NCBI RefSeq assembly: GCF_963921235.1
Contig: NC_086097.1
Span: forward strand, 204,726,001 to 204,790,000
DNA length: 64,000 nucleotides
Source: Mobula hypostoma
Taxonomy: Eukaryota
Direction: 5' to 3'
Under the pieces are notes generated by a model. That model made no database searches. It was given only the letters and a program-made list of their open reading frames with translations, and was not told the DNA's origin. A program made the translations under genes and the position numbers. Of this stretch, positions 12,829-23,060 are shown one piece after another (position 1 is the first letter of the stretch; each line of letters begins with the position of its first letter).

Positions 12829-13484
12829 TTAGCCCCAAGTTGCATTCACCCTTGCCCTTCCAATGCCCTCCACTGCCCCTCCCTAAGTTCCGGAATGAGT
12901 CAGAAGCCCCATTCATTCCGGAAGTCTCCCAGTTTTGATTCTCCATCATCAGCCAAAGCCTCACACTCCATCCTGATAATGTACTCAAGCCACACTCTTG
13001 ATCCCATCTCTGAATCCCCTCACCACTTTCAGTCATCCCTGCAATACCCATTCCTTGTCTATCTGGTCACACCAAATGTTTACCTTCCTTTAATGTGTGC
13101 ATTTATTAGTGCGAAGTTCATGTGGAGACAAAACAACACATTTCAGTTTTCCTGTGCTTGCAATCATGGATATTGTTACATACTTCATTGGTATCTTGTG
13201 ACTGTCTTATGAGGATAATGTAATTGTCTTGTGGAGGTCACATGACATAATTTTCCCACCAGTGAGGTCACATGATGACCTGTTCTCAACAGGTATAAAA
13301 GGGAGACCCCTGGTGACGCAGTTAGTTTTTCAGTTTAGTTTTGTGTTAGATACTCCGTTTTGCTGCGTATTCGGCTGATGATGCAGTTTTGTTTTAAAGT
13401 GGAGTTCTACTTGCTATTGTAAGTAGTATTGAAGAGCGAAGAGCGAAGACCTTACCAAGATACAGGAATTCCCTGAGTCAAGTA

Positions 13485-14000
13485 AACATAGAACATAGAT
13501 CATAGAATACTACAACACAGTACAGGCCCTTCGGCCCACAATGTTGTGCCAACCCTCAAACCCTGCCTCCCATATAAGCCCCCACCTTAAATTCCTCCAT
13601 ATATACCTGTCCAGTAGTCTCCTAAACTTCACTAGTGTACCTGCCTTCACCACTGACTCAGGCAGTGCATTCCACGCACAAACCACTCTCTGAGTAAAAA
13701 ACCTTCCTCTAATATCCCCCTTGAACTTCCCACCCCTTACCTTAAAGCCATGTCCTCTTGTATTGAGCAGTGGTGCCCTGGGGAAGAGGTGCTGGCTATC
13801 CACTCTATCTATTCCTCTTATTATCTTGTACACCTCTATCATGTCTCCCCTCATCCTCCTTCTCTCCAAAGAGTAAAGCCCTAGCTCCCTTAATCTCTGA
13901 TCATAATGCACACTCTCTAAACCAGGCAGCATTCTGGTAAATCTCCTCTGTACCCTTTTCAATGCTTCCACATCCTTCCTATAATGAGGCGACCAGAACT
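13485..14000 (-). mobile_element. Young CR1 3' fragment nested in the solo LTR
   Basis: ORF 13510-13971 is near-identical to the end of ORF 37450-38025; CR1 (CTATGTT)n-type tail. Confidence 0.95.
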
Positions 14001-14285
14001 AAAGCTGAAATTGTTTGGCGGTTTTCGAGAGGATCGACCTTTATTGAATCTTTGTTCAAGTAAAAGTGACCTGCAACTGAGATATCCCCTGCTAAAGTAG
14101 GAAGGATTGTGCAGTGTCTATTCGCCAGAAGAAAAAGGTCAGTTCTTTTAAACCATTTTATTTCCGTCGTCATGAATCCTGCAGACAAGGCAGGTTCCCT
14201 CTGGGATCAGCAGTAACGTGAGTCTTCGAGGAATTCTTTACTTCAGGAAAGTCTCTCCTAATTGACTGCATAAATCTCTTGGACT

Positions 14286-14392
14286 TTCGAATTTACCATT
14301 CTAAGAACTGTGTTGGAATTTACCATTCTAATAACTGTGTTCGAATTTACCACTTTAAGAACTGTTTTCGCATTTACCCTTTTAAGAACTGA
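14286..14392 (+). repeat. Four tandem ~27-bp repeats (ttcgaatttaccattctaagaactgtg) inside the solo LTR
   Basis: Units start at 14286, 14313, 14340, 14367. Confidence 0.9.
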
Positions 14393-14838
14393 TCCAGAGT
14401 TGCCGTATAGCAGTTAACTTCTGGTTAAGTTAGTCATTTAAATACATTTTGCTATTTTTGAGCAAAGTTTAATAAATGTTTGTTTTTATTAAACCTGACT
14501 CAATTGATATTCATTCTCAATTGATATTCATTGTTGCCGGTCACGTAACGATATATTGAGTAAATACAGTCAACACATCCTAATTTTATTTCCACTGACA
14601 AACACTTGGATAAGCTACTCTATGATGCCACAGAAGCTTCTGCCTGATTCCATCCCTTCCCCCATTTGCTGTATCTAGTGCAAGAGCAACATAGCACATT
14701 GCTGAAATGAAGCTGAGCTTGATCTAGCCAATATATTCAGTAGACCAGAGCCAAAATCTTATTCTGCTTGCCATTTTTTATTTTTTGGAGAGATGCTATT
14801 ATACCACGGTTCTTTGGAAGCTAATTGCTTTCTTTCAG

Positions 14839-14895
14839 AGAAATTGTCATCAGTTTAGAACTGGCATGAACATATTCAGAAAAAAAAGTCAGCAG
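14839..14895 (+). other. Candidate 57-nt host exon (frame 0: RNCHQFRTGMNIFRKKSQQ; possible start codon ggcATGa)
   Basis: Branch-like ctaat, pyrimidine tract tgctttctttcag acceptor, donor CAG|gtgagc; non-repetitive context; no protein family recognised. Confidence 0.4.
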
Positions 14896-15314
14896 GTGAG
14901 CCCTTCTTTTGAATCCTATTATTTCACAAGACTGGCATTCTCTGTTAGTATTTCTTAATGTGGTTTAATGTACTACTCAACTCCATTCTCCCCATCAACC
15001 ACCACAAAATCCCTATCCAGACCTCAACTCCCATGAGCCCAAACTCAACTTCCTCTTACTATATCGTCCGGGGTCCCACGCATCCAATGACCTCCTCACC
15101 ACTCAATAGTCCAGATGTACCAAAATATCTCACTGGATCCAAGATGACTGCCAGTGAGGTCAAACACTTTTCACTCCTATCCTGAAAAGCTGCCTCGCTC
15201 AAGTAACTTACTATTTTTCTTATGTTGCTATTTTCCGCATTTTGCTTTGTATTATTTAATTGTGAGATACAGCGCAATTAAAGTGGAAGTGTAAGTAGGA
15301 GCCATCAGTTTAAG

Positions 15315-15513
15315 CTGGAAATTCAAGCAACACACATCAAAGTTGCTGGTGAACACAGCAGGCCAGGCAGCATCTCTAGGAAGAGGTACAGTCGACGTTT
15401 CAGGCCGAGACGGTGTCCTGACGAAGGGTCGCGGCCTGAAACATCGACTGTACCTCTTCCTAGAGATGCTGCCTGGCCTGCTGCGTTCACCAGCAACTTT
15501 GATGTGTGTTGCT
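15315..15513. mobile_element. Penelope-derived palindromic non-autonomous insert (two ~85-bp inverted arms) with hammerhead motif
   Basis: Arms 15326-15410 and ~15428-15513; apparent TSD atcagtttaag (15304-15314) / attagtttaag (15514-15524). Confidence 0.85.
15415..15448 (+). ncRNA. Minimal type I hammerhead ribozyme motif (probably degenerate)
   Basis: GUC-CUGACGA-AGG(gucgcgg)CCU-GAAA-CAUC/GAC: core boxes intact, stem II AGG/CCU, stem I GUC/GAC; stem III palindrome ACGU altered to ACAU. Confidence 0.65.
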
Positions 15514-15923
15514 ATTAGTTTAAGGATCACTGGAAAATATGTGAATGTAATGCGCATTCCTGCTTGAATATTTCCCCAATGGGAAATGAAATGGTGCATT
15601 TTATTTTCATGGAGGCATTGCTTTACATACTGAATTGTCCAGCTCTCTATCATTTTGCACATTCTAGTGAGAGAAACACCAGTGTGCACTATGACAGTTC
15701 ATTTTCAATTATTCCTGTCAGCAGCATTTGCAATACAATTGCACATAACAAGATCATTTAAACCCAAATTTTTGTTTATCCCATTATAAATATGTGATTC
15801 CTTTTAAATCAAGTCACTATAGAATCTGAAGCATTTATTCTGTTTCTCTTTCCACAGATGATGTCTGAACTCTGGCATACATACAGCACTCCCCAATCAC
15901 CTTATCAGAATTGCAAAGCATGC

Positions 15924-15956
15924 TGCAATTTCCAGTATGACCACTAGGTGGCGAGC
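15924..15956 (+). promoter_or_regulatory. Candidate CTCF binding site (core plus upstream motif)
   Basis: Core TGACCACTAGGTGGCGAGC (15938-15956) fits CCASYAGRKGGCR; upstream TGCAATTTC (15924-15932) lies 5 bp before it. Confidence 0.7.
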
Positions 15957-15976
15957 CTCACTCCATTGGTGATAAG

Positions 15977-16642
15977 TCAAAGTTCAAAAGTTCAAAGTAA
16001 ATTTATTATCAAAGTTCATATATGTCACTACATACAAGCCTGAGATTCACTTTCTTACTCAATAAATCCATAATAGAATAATAACCAAAATAAAATCAGT
16101 GAAACACCACACCAGCTTGGCCATTCACCCAGTGTACAAAAGAGAACAAAATGTTGAAAAACAAAAAAAAAGGAATAATAATAATGAATAAATAAGAAAT
16201 AAATATTGAGCACATGAGATGAAGAGTCCTTGAAAGTGTGTCCATAGGTTTTAGGAACAATTCAGCGATGGGGCAAGTGACGTTGTTTCTTTGGTTCAAG
16301 AGCCTAATGGTTGAGGGTTAATAATTGTTCCTAACCCTGGTGGTATGAGTCCTGAGGCTTTTGTACTTTCTTCCTGATGGCAGCAGTGGTAGGCGTCCCT
16401 GATGATGGATCCTGCTTTCTTGCAACAACATTTCATGTAGATGTACTCAATAATGGGAAGGCTTTACCCATGAAGGACTGGGCCGTATCCACTACTTTTT
16501 GTAATTTTTTTTTATTCAAGGGCACTGGTGTTTCCATACCAGGCAGTGATGCAGCCTGTCAATATACTCTCTACTATGTATCTATAGAAGTCTGTCAAAG
16601 TTTAGATGTCATGTTGAATTTTCACAAACTCCTAAGTAGAGG
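15977..16642 (-). mobile_element. Rex1/Babar-type LINE 3' fragment
   Basis: (TTGAACT)n tail at 15977-16000; reverse-strand IETYIVESILTGCITAWYG-like coding remnant. Confidence 0.75.
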
Positions 16643-17020
16643 CTATTCTAACAGTGTTCTCTTGCATCAGATAAGAAGAATATTTGGAATTACCTTTAGT
16701 GTCCACTCAAAACTTTGTTCCTTACCCACTTCATCCAGCTCCCTTGCTAGTAATGGTTTGAGGTTGAATGACACTCTTTGCACCATTATGTCGATGACCT
16801 TCAGATGAGCCTCTGATCACACATCTACATTCAGACATGTTTCTACCACCTCTTACCCTTTACTACCATAACAATGACAATCTGCCTCAACTATTTACTT
16901 CTGCCGTCCTCGAGCTGTTCTTATGTTCAAGTTTCTGATGCACTCTAGCCCAGCTCTCTGTTCGCCATCCGCCTTAGATGAAAATATCAAAACTAATATT
17001 CTCTTTCTACAGAAGCAAAG

Positions 17021-17095
17021 TGTGGCCCGTGCCAAGTGGTTAAGGCGTTGGACTAACGAGCTAACAACTAACGAGCTGAAGGTCGCGAGCTCGGG
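17021..17095 (+). mobile_element. Isolated tRNA-derived SINE head (same family as 33162-33451 and 61367-61681)
   Basis: gtgccaagtggttaaggcgttggacta...ctgaaggtcgcgagctcg, with an internal ctaacgagct duplication. Confidence 0.55.
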
Positions 17096-17753
17096 ACAGA
17101 CTTTAACCTTTAACTTTAGCAGAATAGAATGCACACTGGAAGTCTCAAAAAGAAACAGAAAATGTTGGGAATAATCAGCAAGTCAGGCAGTATCCATGGA
17201 GAGAAAAAAGGATGAAACCTGATAAAAGCCAAAGCATTAACTTCTATCCTCCACAGCTGCTGCTGGATTTGCCATTTCTAGCAATTTCTTCCTTTGTATC
17301 ACCCTGTTCTGTTTGCTACTGCCTCATGTGACATGCCCTGGGATTCTTTGCTTTGTGAATAGCTTCATCTTTATGCTGGATGCAACAGCAGCAAGGACAA
17401 GTGTCCCGGAAGACGAATGGGAATTCGGAGGACCAAGCCCCAAACCTGGTACCCTCTTGATTTCTTGTGCCCAGGTACTGGTCAACAACACAATTGTTTG
17501 TACACAGTGGTTCCTAATACATAATGTATTATGAGGTGATAAAAAAATAATTTATCCATCTGAAGAAACCCTAATCATTCTCTCTCTGTGGGATGCAATT
17601 ACTTACTAATTAATTCTCAGCTACCAGCAAGAGATGAACAATTTCACTGAACTATGATAACATATAAATACCAAGTTATAAGATAGCATACAGGAACAGC
17701 CCTTTGACCCACAACGTCTGTGCTGTCAATGATATCAGGTTAAACTAAACCCA

Positions 17754-19373
17754 CAGAAGTGCTACAAAGTTTGTGAACCCCATAGAATTTTTTCTATTTC
17801 TGCATAAATATGACCTAAAATGTGATCAGATCTTCATGCAAGTCCTAAACTAGATAAAGAGAAGCCAGTTAAATAAATAACACAAAAAAACATTATACTT
17901 GTTCATTACTTATTGAGAAAAATGATCCAATATAACATGTATTTGTTGGAAAAGGTATGTGAACCTTTGCATCAGTAACTGGTGTGAACCCCTTGTACAG
18001 CGATAACTTCAGCCAAACATTTCCAGTTACTGTTAATCACTTGTGCACATCAGCATGGAGGAATTTTAGACCATTCCTCCTTACAAGACTGTTTCAGCTC
18101 TGGGATACTGGTGGGCTTTCTTGCATGAGCTGCTTGCTTCATGTCCTTCCACAACATTTCTATAGGATTAAGATCAGGACTTTGACTCGGCTATTCCAAA
18201 ACATAAATTTCCTTCTTTTTTAAACCATTTTGTTGTTGGTTTACTCTTGTCTTTTGGATCATTATCTTGTTGCATTATTCAATTTCTATTAAGCTTCCAG
18301 GTGACGAAATGCTACCCCGACATTCTCCTGTAAGACAATTTGATACAACTTTGAATTCATTGTTCCCTCAACAATTGCAAGCTGTCCAGGCCCTGAGGCA
18401 GCAAAGCAGTTCCAAACCATGATGCTCCTTCCAACATCCTTCACAGCTGGGATGAGGTTATGGTGTTGGTGTGCAGTGCCCTTTTTCTTCCAAACATAGC
18501 AATGTACATTTCTGCCAAAAAGTTCAACTTTTGGCTCAACTGTTCACAGAACATTGTCCCAGAAGCATTGTGGAACATCCAGGTGGTCTTTTGCAAACTT
18601 GAGACGTGCAGCAATGTTTTTTATTTTGGGGAGCAGTGATTTCCTCCGTGGTGTCCTTCCATGAACACCGTTCTTGTTCAGAGTTTTTCTTATAGCGGAC
18701 ATATAAACTGATATTTTAGCAAGTTCTAGAGATTTCTGCAAGATATTTGCTGTTATCCTTGAGTTCTTTTTCACCTCCTTCAGCATTGCACGTTGTGCAC
18801 TTGGTGCAATCTTTTCAGGACACCCACTCCTATGGAGAGTAACAACAGTACTGAGTTTCCTCCATTTGTAGACAATTTCTCTTCCTGTGGACTGGTGAAC
18901 ACTCGAGTCTTTCAGAATGCTTGTGTAGCCTTTTCCAGTTTCATGCATCTCTACAATTCTTTTTCTAAAGTCCTTTGAAAGTTGTTTTGATCCAGGCATG
19001 GTGCACATAAGTAGATCTTTCTTGAGAAGAGCAGGCTGTCAGTAACCTGACTTTGTATGTCTTTTTATAGGGCAGGGCACCCCTACAACCCAAACCTCCA
19101 ATCTCATCTCATTGATTGGAATACCTGACTCCAAATAGCTTTTGTAGAAGGCATTACCCTAGAGGTTCGCAAACTTCTTCCAATAAACACATGTAATATT
19201 GGATCATTTTCTTCATAAATAAATGAACACATTTAATGTTTTTTGTGTTATTTATTTAATTGGGTTCTCTTTACCTAGGTTTAGGACGCGTGAAGATCTG
19301 ATGGCATTTTAGGTCATATTTATGGAGAAATAGAGAAAACTTTTCAGGGTTCACTAACTTTCTAGCACCACTG
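17754..19373 (-). mobile_element. Tc1 DNA transposon, full length, inactivated; inserted into a CR1 3' tail (~17677-19700)
   Basis: ORF 18544-19008 MPGSKQLSKDFRKRIVEMHETGKGY..RLKFAKDHLDVPQCFWDNVL; ~220-bp TIRs; right end CACCACTG followed by TA. Confidence 0.95.
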
Positions 19374-20024
19374 TATCTGCCTGCACATGATCCATATCCA
19401 TATCCCTCCCTGCATTCTTATATGCATATCTAAGTGCTTCTTAAATGCCCCTATCATGTTTGCTTCCACCACCTCCTCTGGAGTGTGTTCCAGAAAAAAA
19501 AAATAATAAACATATCCTCTTTAAACTTTTTCCCTCTCACCTTAAATCTATGGCCTCCAGTATTTAATATTCCTACCTTGGGAAAATGACTCTGACTATA
19601 TGTATACCTTATACTTTTTAATAAATCTCTAATCCCTAGCATATCTCTTCTCAGCCCATGGCACTCCAGAAAAAGCAGTCCCAAGACTCTCCAATCTCTG
19701 CCATGTGATGCACTCAATATGACTAAAAGCTATTTTAAGCAGATTGTGATGATGATCTGGTAAAGGTTGTAATCTAACTCCCTTAAGGCTTTCAAAAAAG
19801 AATTGCATAGGCAGTGGAAGACACATACTTTCAGGGTTTCCAAAATATTATCCAAAATAGTTAGATAATATTATTCAGAAGGGACTGAGAATTTTATTCA
19901 TTATCAAAATATTTTAGATTTGGAATATGTATGGAGGAAACAGTTGAGTGAGCAATGTATGGTCCTGCTCTCTATTCCAGTTAGTTACTTCTGAGGCTTG
20001 CCAGGATCTTATAGAATCAGAAGA

Positions 20025-20645
20025 GAACATAGAACATAGAAAGTTACAGCATAGTACAGGCCCTTCAGCCTTCTGTAGAGTAGATCACATGTTGTGCCGA
20101 CCATGTGATCTACTCTACAGACTGCCTTGACCTTCCCTAGCGCATAGCCCTCTATTTTTCTAAGCTCCACGTATCTTTCTAAGAGGCTCTTAAAAGACCC
20201 TATTGTATCCACTTCCACCACTGCCACCGGAACTACATTCCACACATTCACCACTCTTTGTGTGAAAAACTTACCCCTGACATCCCCTCAGTACCTATTT
20301 CCAAGCACTTTAAAACTATGCCCCCTTGAATTAGCCATTTCAGTCGTGGGGAAAAAGCCTCTGGCTTTCCAAACAATTAATGCCCCTCATCATCTTATAC
20401 ACCTCTGTCAGGTCACCTCTCATCCTTCGTTGCTCCAGGAAGAAAAGGCCAAGTTCAGTCAACCTATTTTCATAAGATACACCCTCCAATCCAGGCAACA
20501 TGCTCATCATTCTCCTCTGCACTCTCTCCATGGTATCCATATGCTTCCTGCAGTGAAATGATGAGAACTGAACACAGTACTCCAAGTGGGGTCTGACCAA
20601 GGTCTTATATAGCTGTAACATTATCTCATGGCTCTTGAACTCAAA
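20025..20645 (-). mobile_element. CR1 3' fragment
   Basis: ORFs 20340-20666 LYKTLVRPHLEYCVQF and 20009-20254; (CTATGTT)n tail. Confidence 0.9.
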
Positions 20646-20971
20646 GAAGATAATGTTACAAAGCATTACCAGTGTGTAGATAGGTTAATGAGGCGTTTTT
20701 AAAATTGAGTTGATGCCAAATGTGATGATGTGCAGGGCAATTGTACCAACCTATTTTGCTGATTGGGCACTGATTATTAATATTGGCAAGTCCATTATTG
20801 CTGTGGTGGAATACTTGCACGTGTTGCTAACATCTGCAAACAAGAATATGAGCAAGCATACCTGTGCAGTGTGTAGACAAAAAAAAATCTACCGATACTC
20901 AATATGGACACAATAAATCCTCCCTTTTACTGCAGACTCTGGAGATAAGTATTGATGTTTCCCAGATTTAA

Positions 20972-21338
20972 CTACTACTACTACGTCGACTCAGGCCTAG
21001 GGGGCCAGCGTCGGGCACGATGACGGACTCTCCACTTCTCCCTCTCCCTCATCAGTGTGTTCAGTTCATCTACATTAGCCGCGCCGCTATCTTCTAGGCG
21101 TGTGTTGATCATAGTCTTGGGAGGGTGCCCAGGGTTCATCCTCCCAAGCTTGGGCTCCCATATGATGACTAGGCTGGGAGGTAGCTCGGGGTGGCATAGA
21201 CAGTGCCCCGCTAGTTGCAGTCTTCTCACCTCGATTTTAGTGGTGAGCATCGGTAGGTCGTTATAGAGCTCAATGTTCGTCATGTGCTGTTGCCAACTCA
21301 CATCAAGAGCCATCCAGAGCATTCGTGTATAGCAACCG
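20972..21338 (-). mobile_element. 5'-truncated RTE-type LINE (second family) with (TAG)n tail, inside an old CR1 tail
   Basis: ORF 20981-21322 MALDVSWQQHMTNIELY..RRLQLAGHC; perfect 12-bp TSD tcccagatttaa (20960-20971 / 21339-21350). Confidence 0.9.
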
Positions 21339-21747
21339 TCCCAGATTTAAGGTAATTGGAAACAAAAGCCAGAGGAGAGATGAAGAGAGTTTTTTTTATA
21401 AACAGACCCACTGTATATTGTACTTTTTTAATGCACTGCCAGAAACATCAGTGGAAATAGATTCCACAGTAAGATAAATTTGAATTTGTAGGCCAAAGTT
21501 TGCAGGACTATAGGGAAAGGGTAAGGAAGTGTGACTTAATTGGTAGCAACTTTAAAGGATGTGTGCAATCAGCTCTGAGCACCTTCTTTACTGCAGGATT
21601 CTATGATATTTAAATATTTTTACTTGAATTGCTGCTTCTGGATTTTCGAGATGACTACAGAGGTGAAAGTGTTTCTGCTATCTTGTGGATATGGGATCCG
21701 TAATTTCACTTGGGAAGAACTCTATTTAGTATTAAGTGTACAAAATT

Positions 21748-21912
21748 GGGGCAGCATAATGATTCAGCTATTACAACCATTACCTCACAGCTTCAGTGAC
21801 CCAGGTCTAATCTTGACCTCCAGTATCATCTGTAAATTGTGTTCATGTCCTTCCTGTGACCATTATGTTTTCTTCAAGTACTCCCCCACCCTAAAGATGT
21901 GCAGGTTAGTGG
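21748..21912 (+). mobile_element. Degraded V-SINE-like element
   Basis: cctcacagcttcagtgacccagg...ctcccccaccctaaagatgtgcaggttag; resembles the reverse complement of 34835-35085. Confidence 0.5.
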
Positions 21913-22559
21913 AGAAAGAATGGTATCAAGGTAAAAAGCAGCAAATATGATTGATCAGGCTGAAACAATGGGTTTGCTGCAAAGATTCCTCTTTGTGGAG
22001 GTGGTTTGTACAGGGCTGAGCTCTTCTAAAGACAAAAGCAGAATTGTGTGGAGCTGGCATCCTGCAAAGCTAGGATACGTGGAAGGAATGAGTCTTGAGA
22101 AAATGAGATGTATTACTTTCCGGTAGATAATGGTCTTATGTTGAGTGGCAGCGTTAGGATACAGAGGGAGGTTTATTCATTTCCTCTGTTTGGATCTCTG
22201 AACAAATGTATTTCAGTACTTTGTACATGTTAAAGATTTTATAATCAGCCATATTAAATATATATAATTTTCACTGTTGTGTAAGGGCATTTAGGACAAT
22301 AAATAAGTGTAAACCTGTTGATACAATAGAGTGAATATCCTTTTTTGTGTATGTACTGATCTCTGCATTGAATTATTATGCTTAAGAAACTGTTTTAACT
22401 AAATTACTTAATTATAATAAGTTTTGTTTCATAGCTCATCTTAATGATACAATTTGAAATCACTTTCAACACATCAAGAAATAATTTGCCTACAAATTAA
22501 TTTGTCTGGTTTGTCACTCTACAGACAAGGCTACTTCACCCCTTGATTACAAGAGAAGG

Positions 22560-23060
22560 ATCTGTTTAATAATGTCTAGGAAAAAAATAAGATGTGCTTC
22601 TTTCCATCCTTAATAAATACTTTCATTGCTGCATATTGTTGAACTCTCTAGTGATCAACCTGAAGTCTGAAGCAAAATAAAAAACACTCACAGCAACTCC
22701 ATCTCTCTGTTCCTAAATACACTTCTTCTCCTTGCTGTCACTGCCTCTTTTATCTCAAATTGTTGCTGATATGCTTATTCCATGACAATTTGTCAAATGC
22801 CTTTTGAAAATCTGGATATGCCACATCAGGAATATTTCCTTCATCACCCCCTCTCTCATCTTTATAAGCTCAAAAAGGTTAGTTATACACATTTTCTTCT
22901 TTACAGCTCCATTTATTTATCTTTTCAATCCTGCCATTAGGAAATGTCACAGATTATTATTTCTAAACCAATCCCGCCATTAATCTGACGAGCCTGCGTT
23001 CTGGATTTATCCTTGCTCTCAGGAGTATAAGAGTTGTAATTCTTCAATCTTCCATATCTA
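22560..23060 (-). mobile_element. Very old CR1 RT fragment
   Basis: Reverse strand GNIPDVAYPDFQKAFDK at ~22790-22850. Confidence 0.5.

Larger units (their letters stand above)
13174..14550 (+). mobile_element. Solo LTR (~860 bp excluding the nested CR1), Gypsy-like
   Basis: Termini TGTTAC...GTAAC(G); 4-bp TSD ATAT (13170-13173 / 14551-14554); TATA box ggtataaaag ~13292; AATAAA at 14471. Confidence 0.85.

Noticed and set aside
14286..14392. 27-bp repeat array as a CRISPR-like array
   Set aside because: Units are directly adjacent with no unique spacers, lie inside an LTR, and the DNA is eukaryotic with no cas genes.
15840..15880. Strong acceptor ctgtttctctttccacag
   Set aside because: Matches the decayed Penelope-derived repeat arm (ctctttccacagatgctgcc type); no donor follows.
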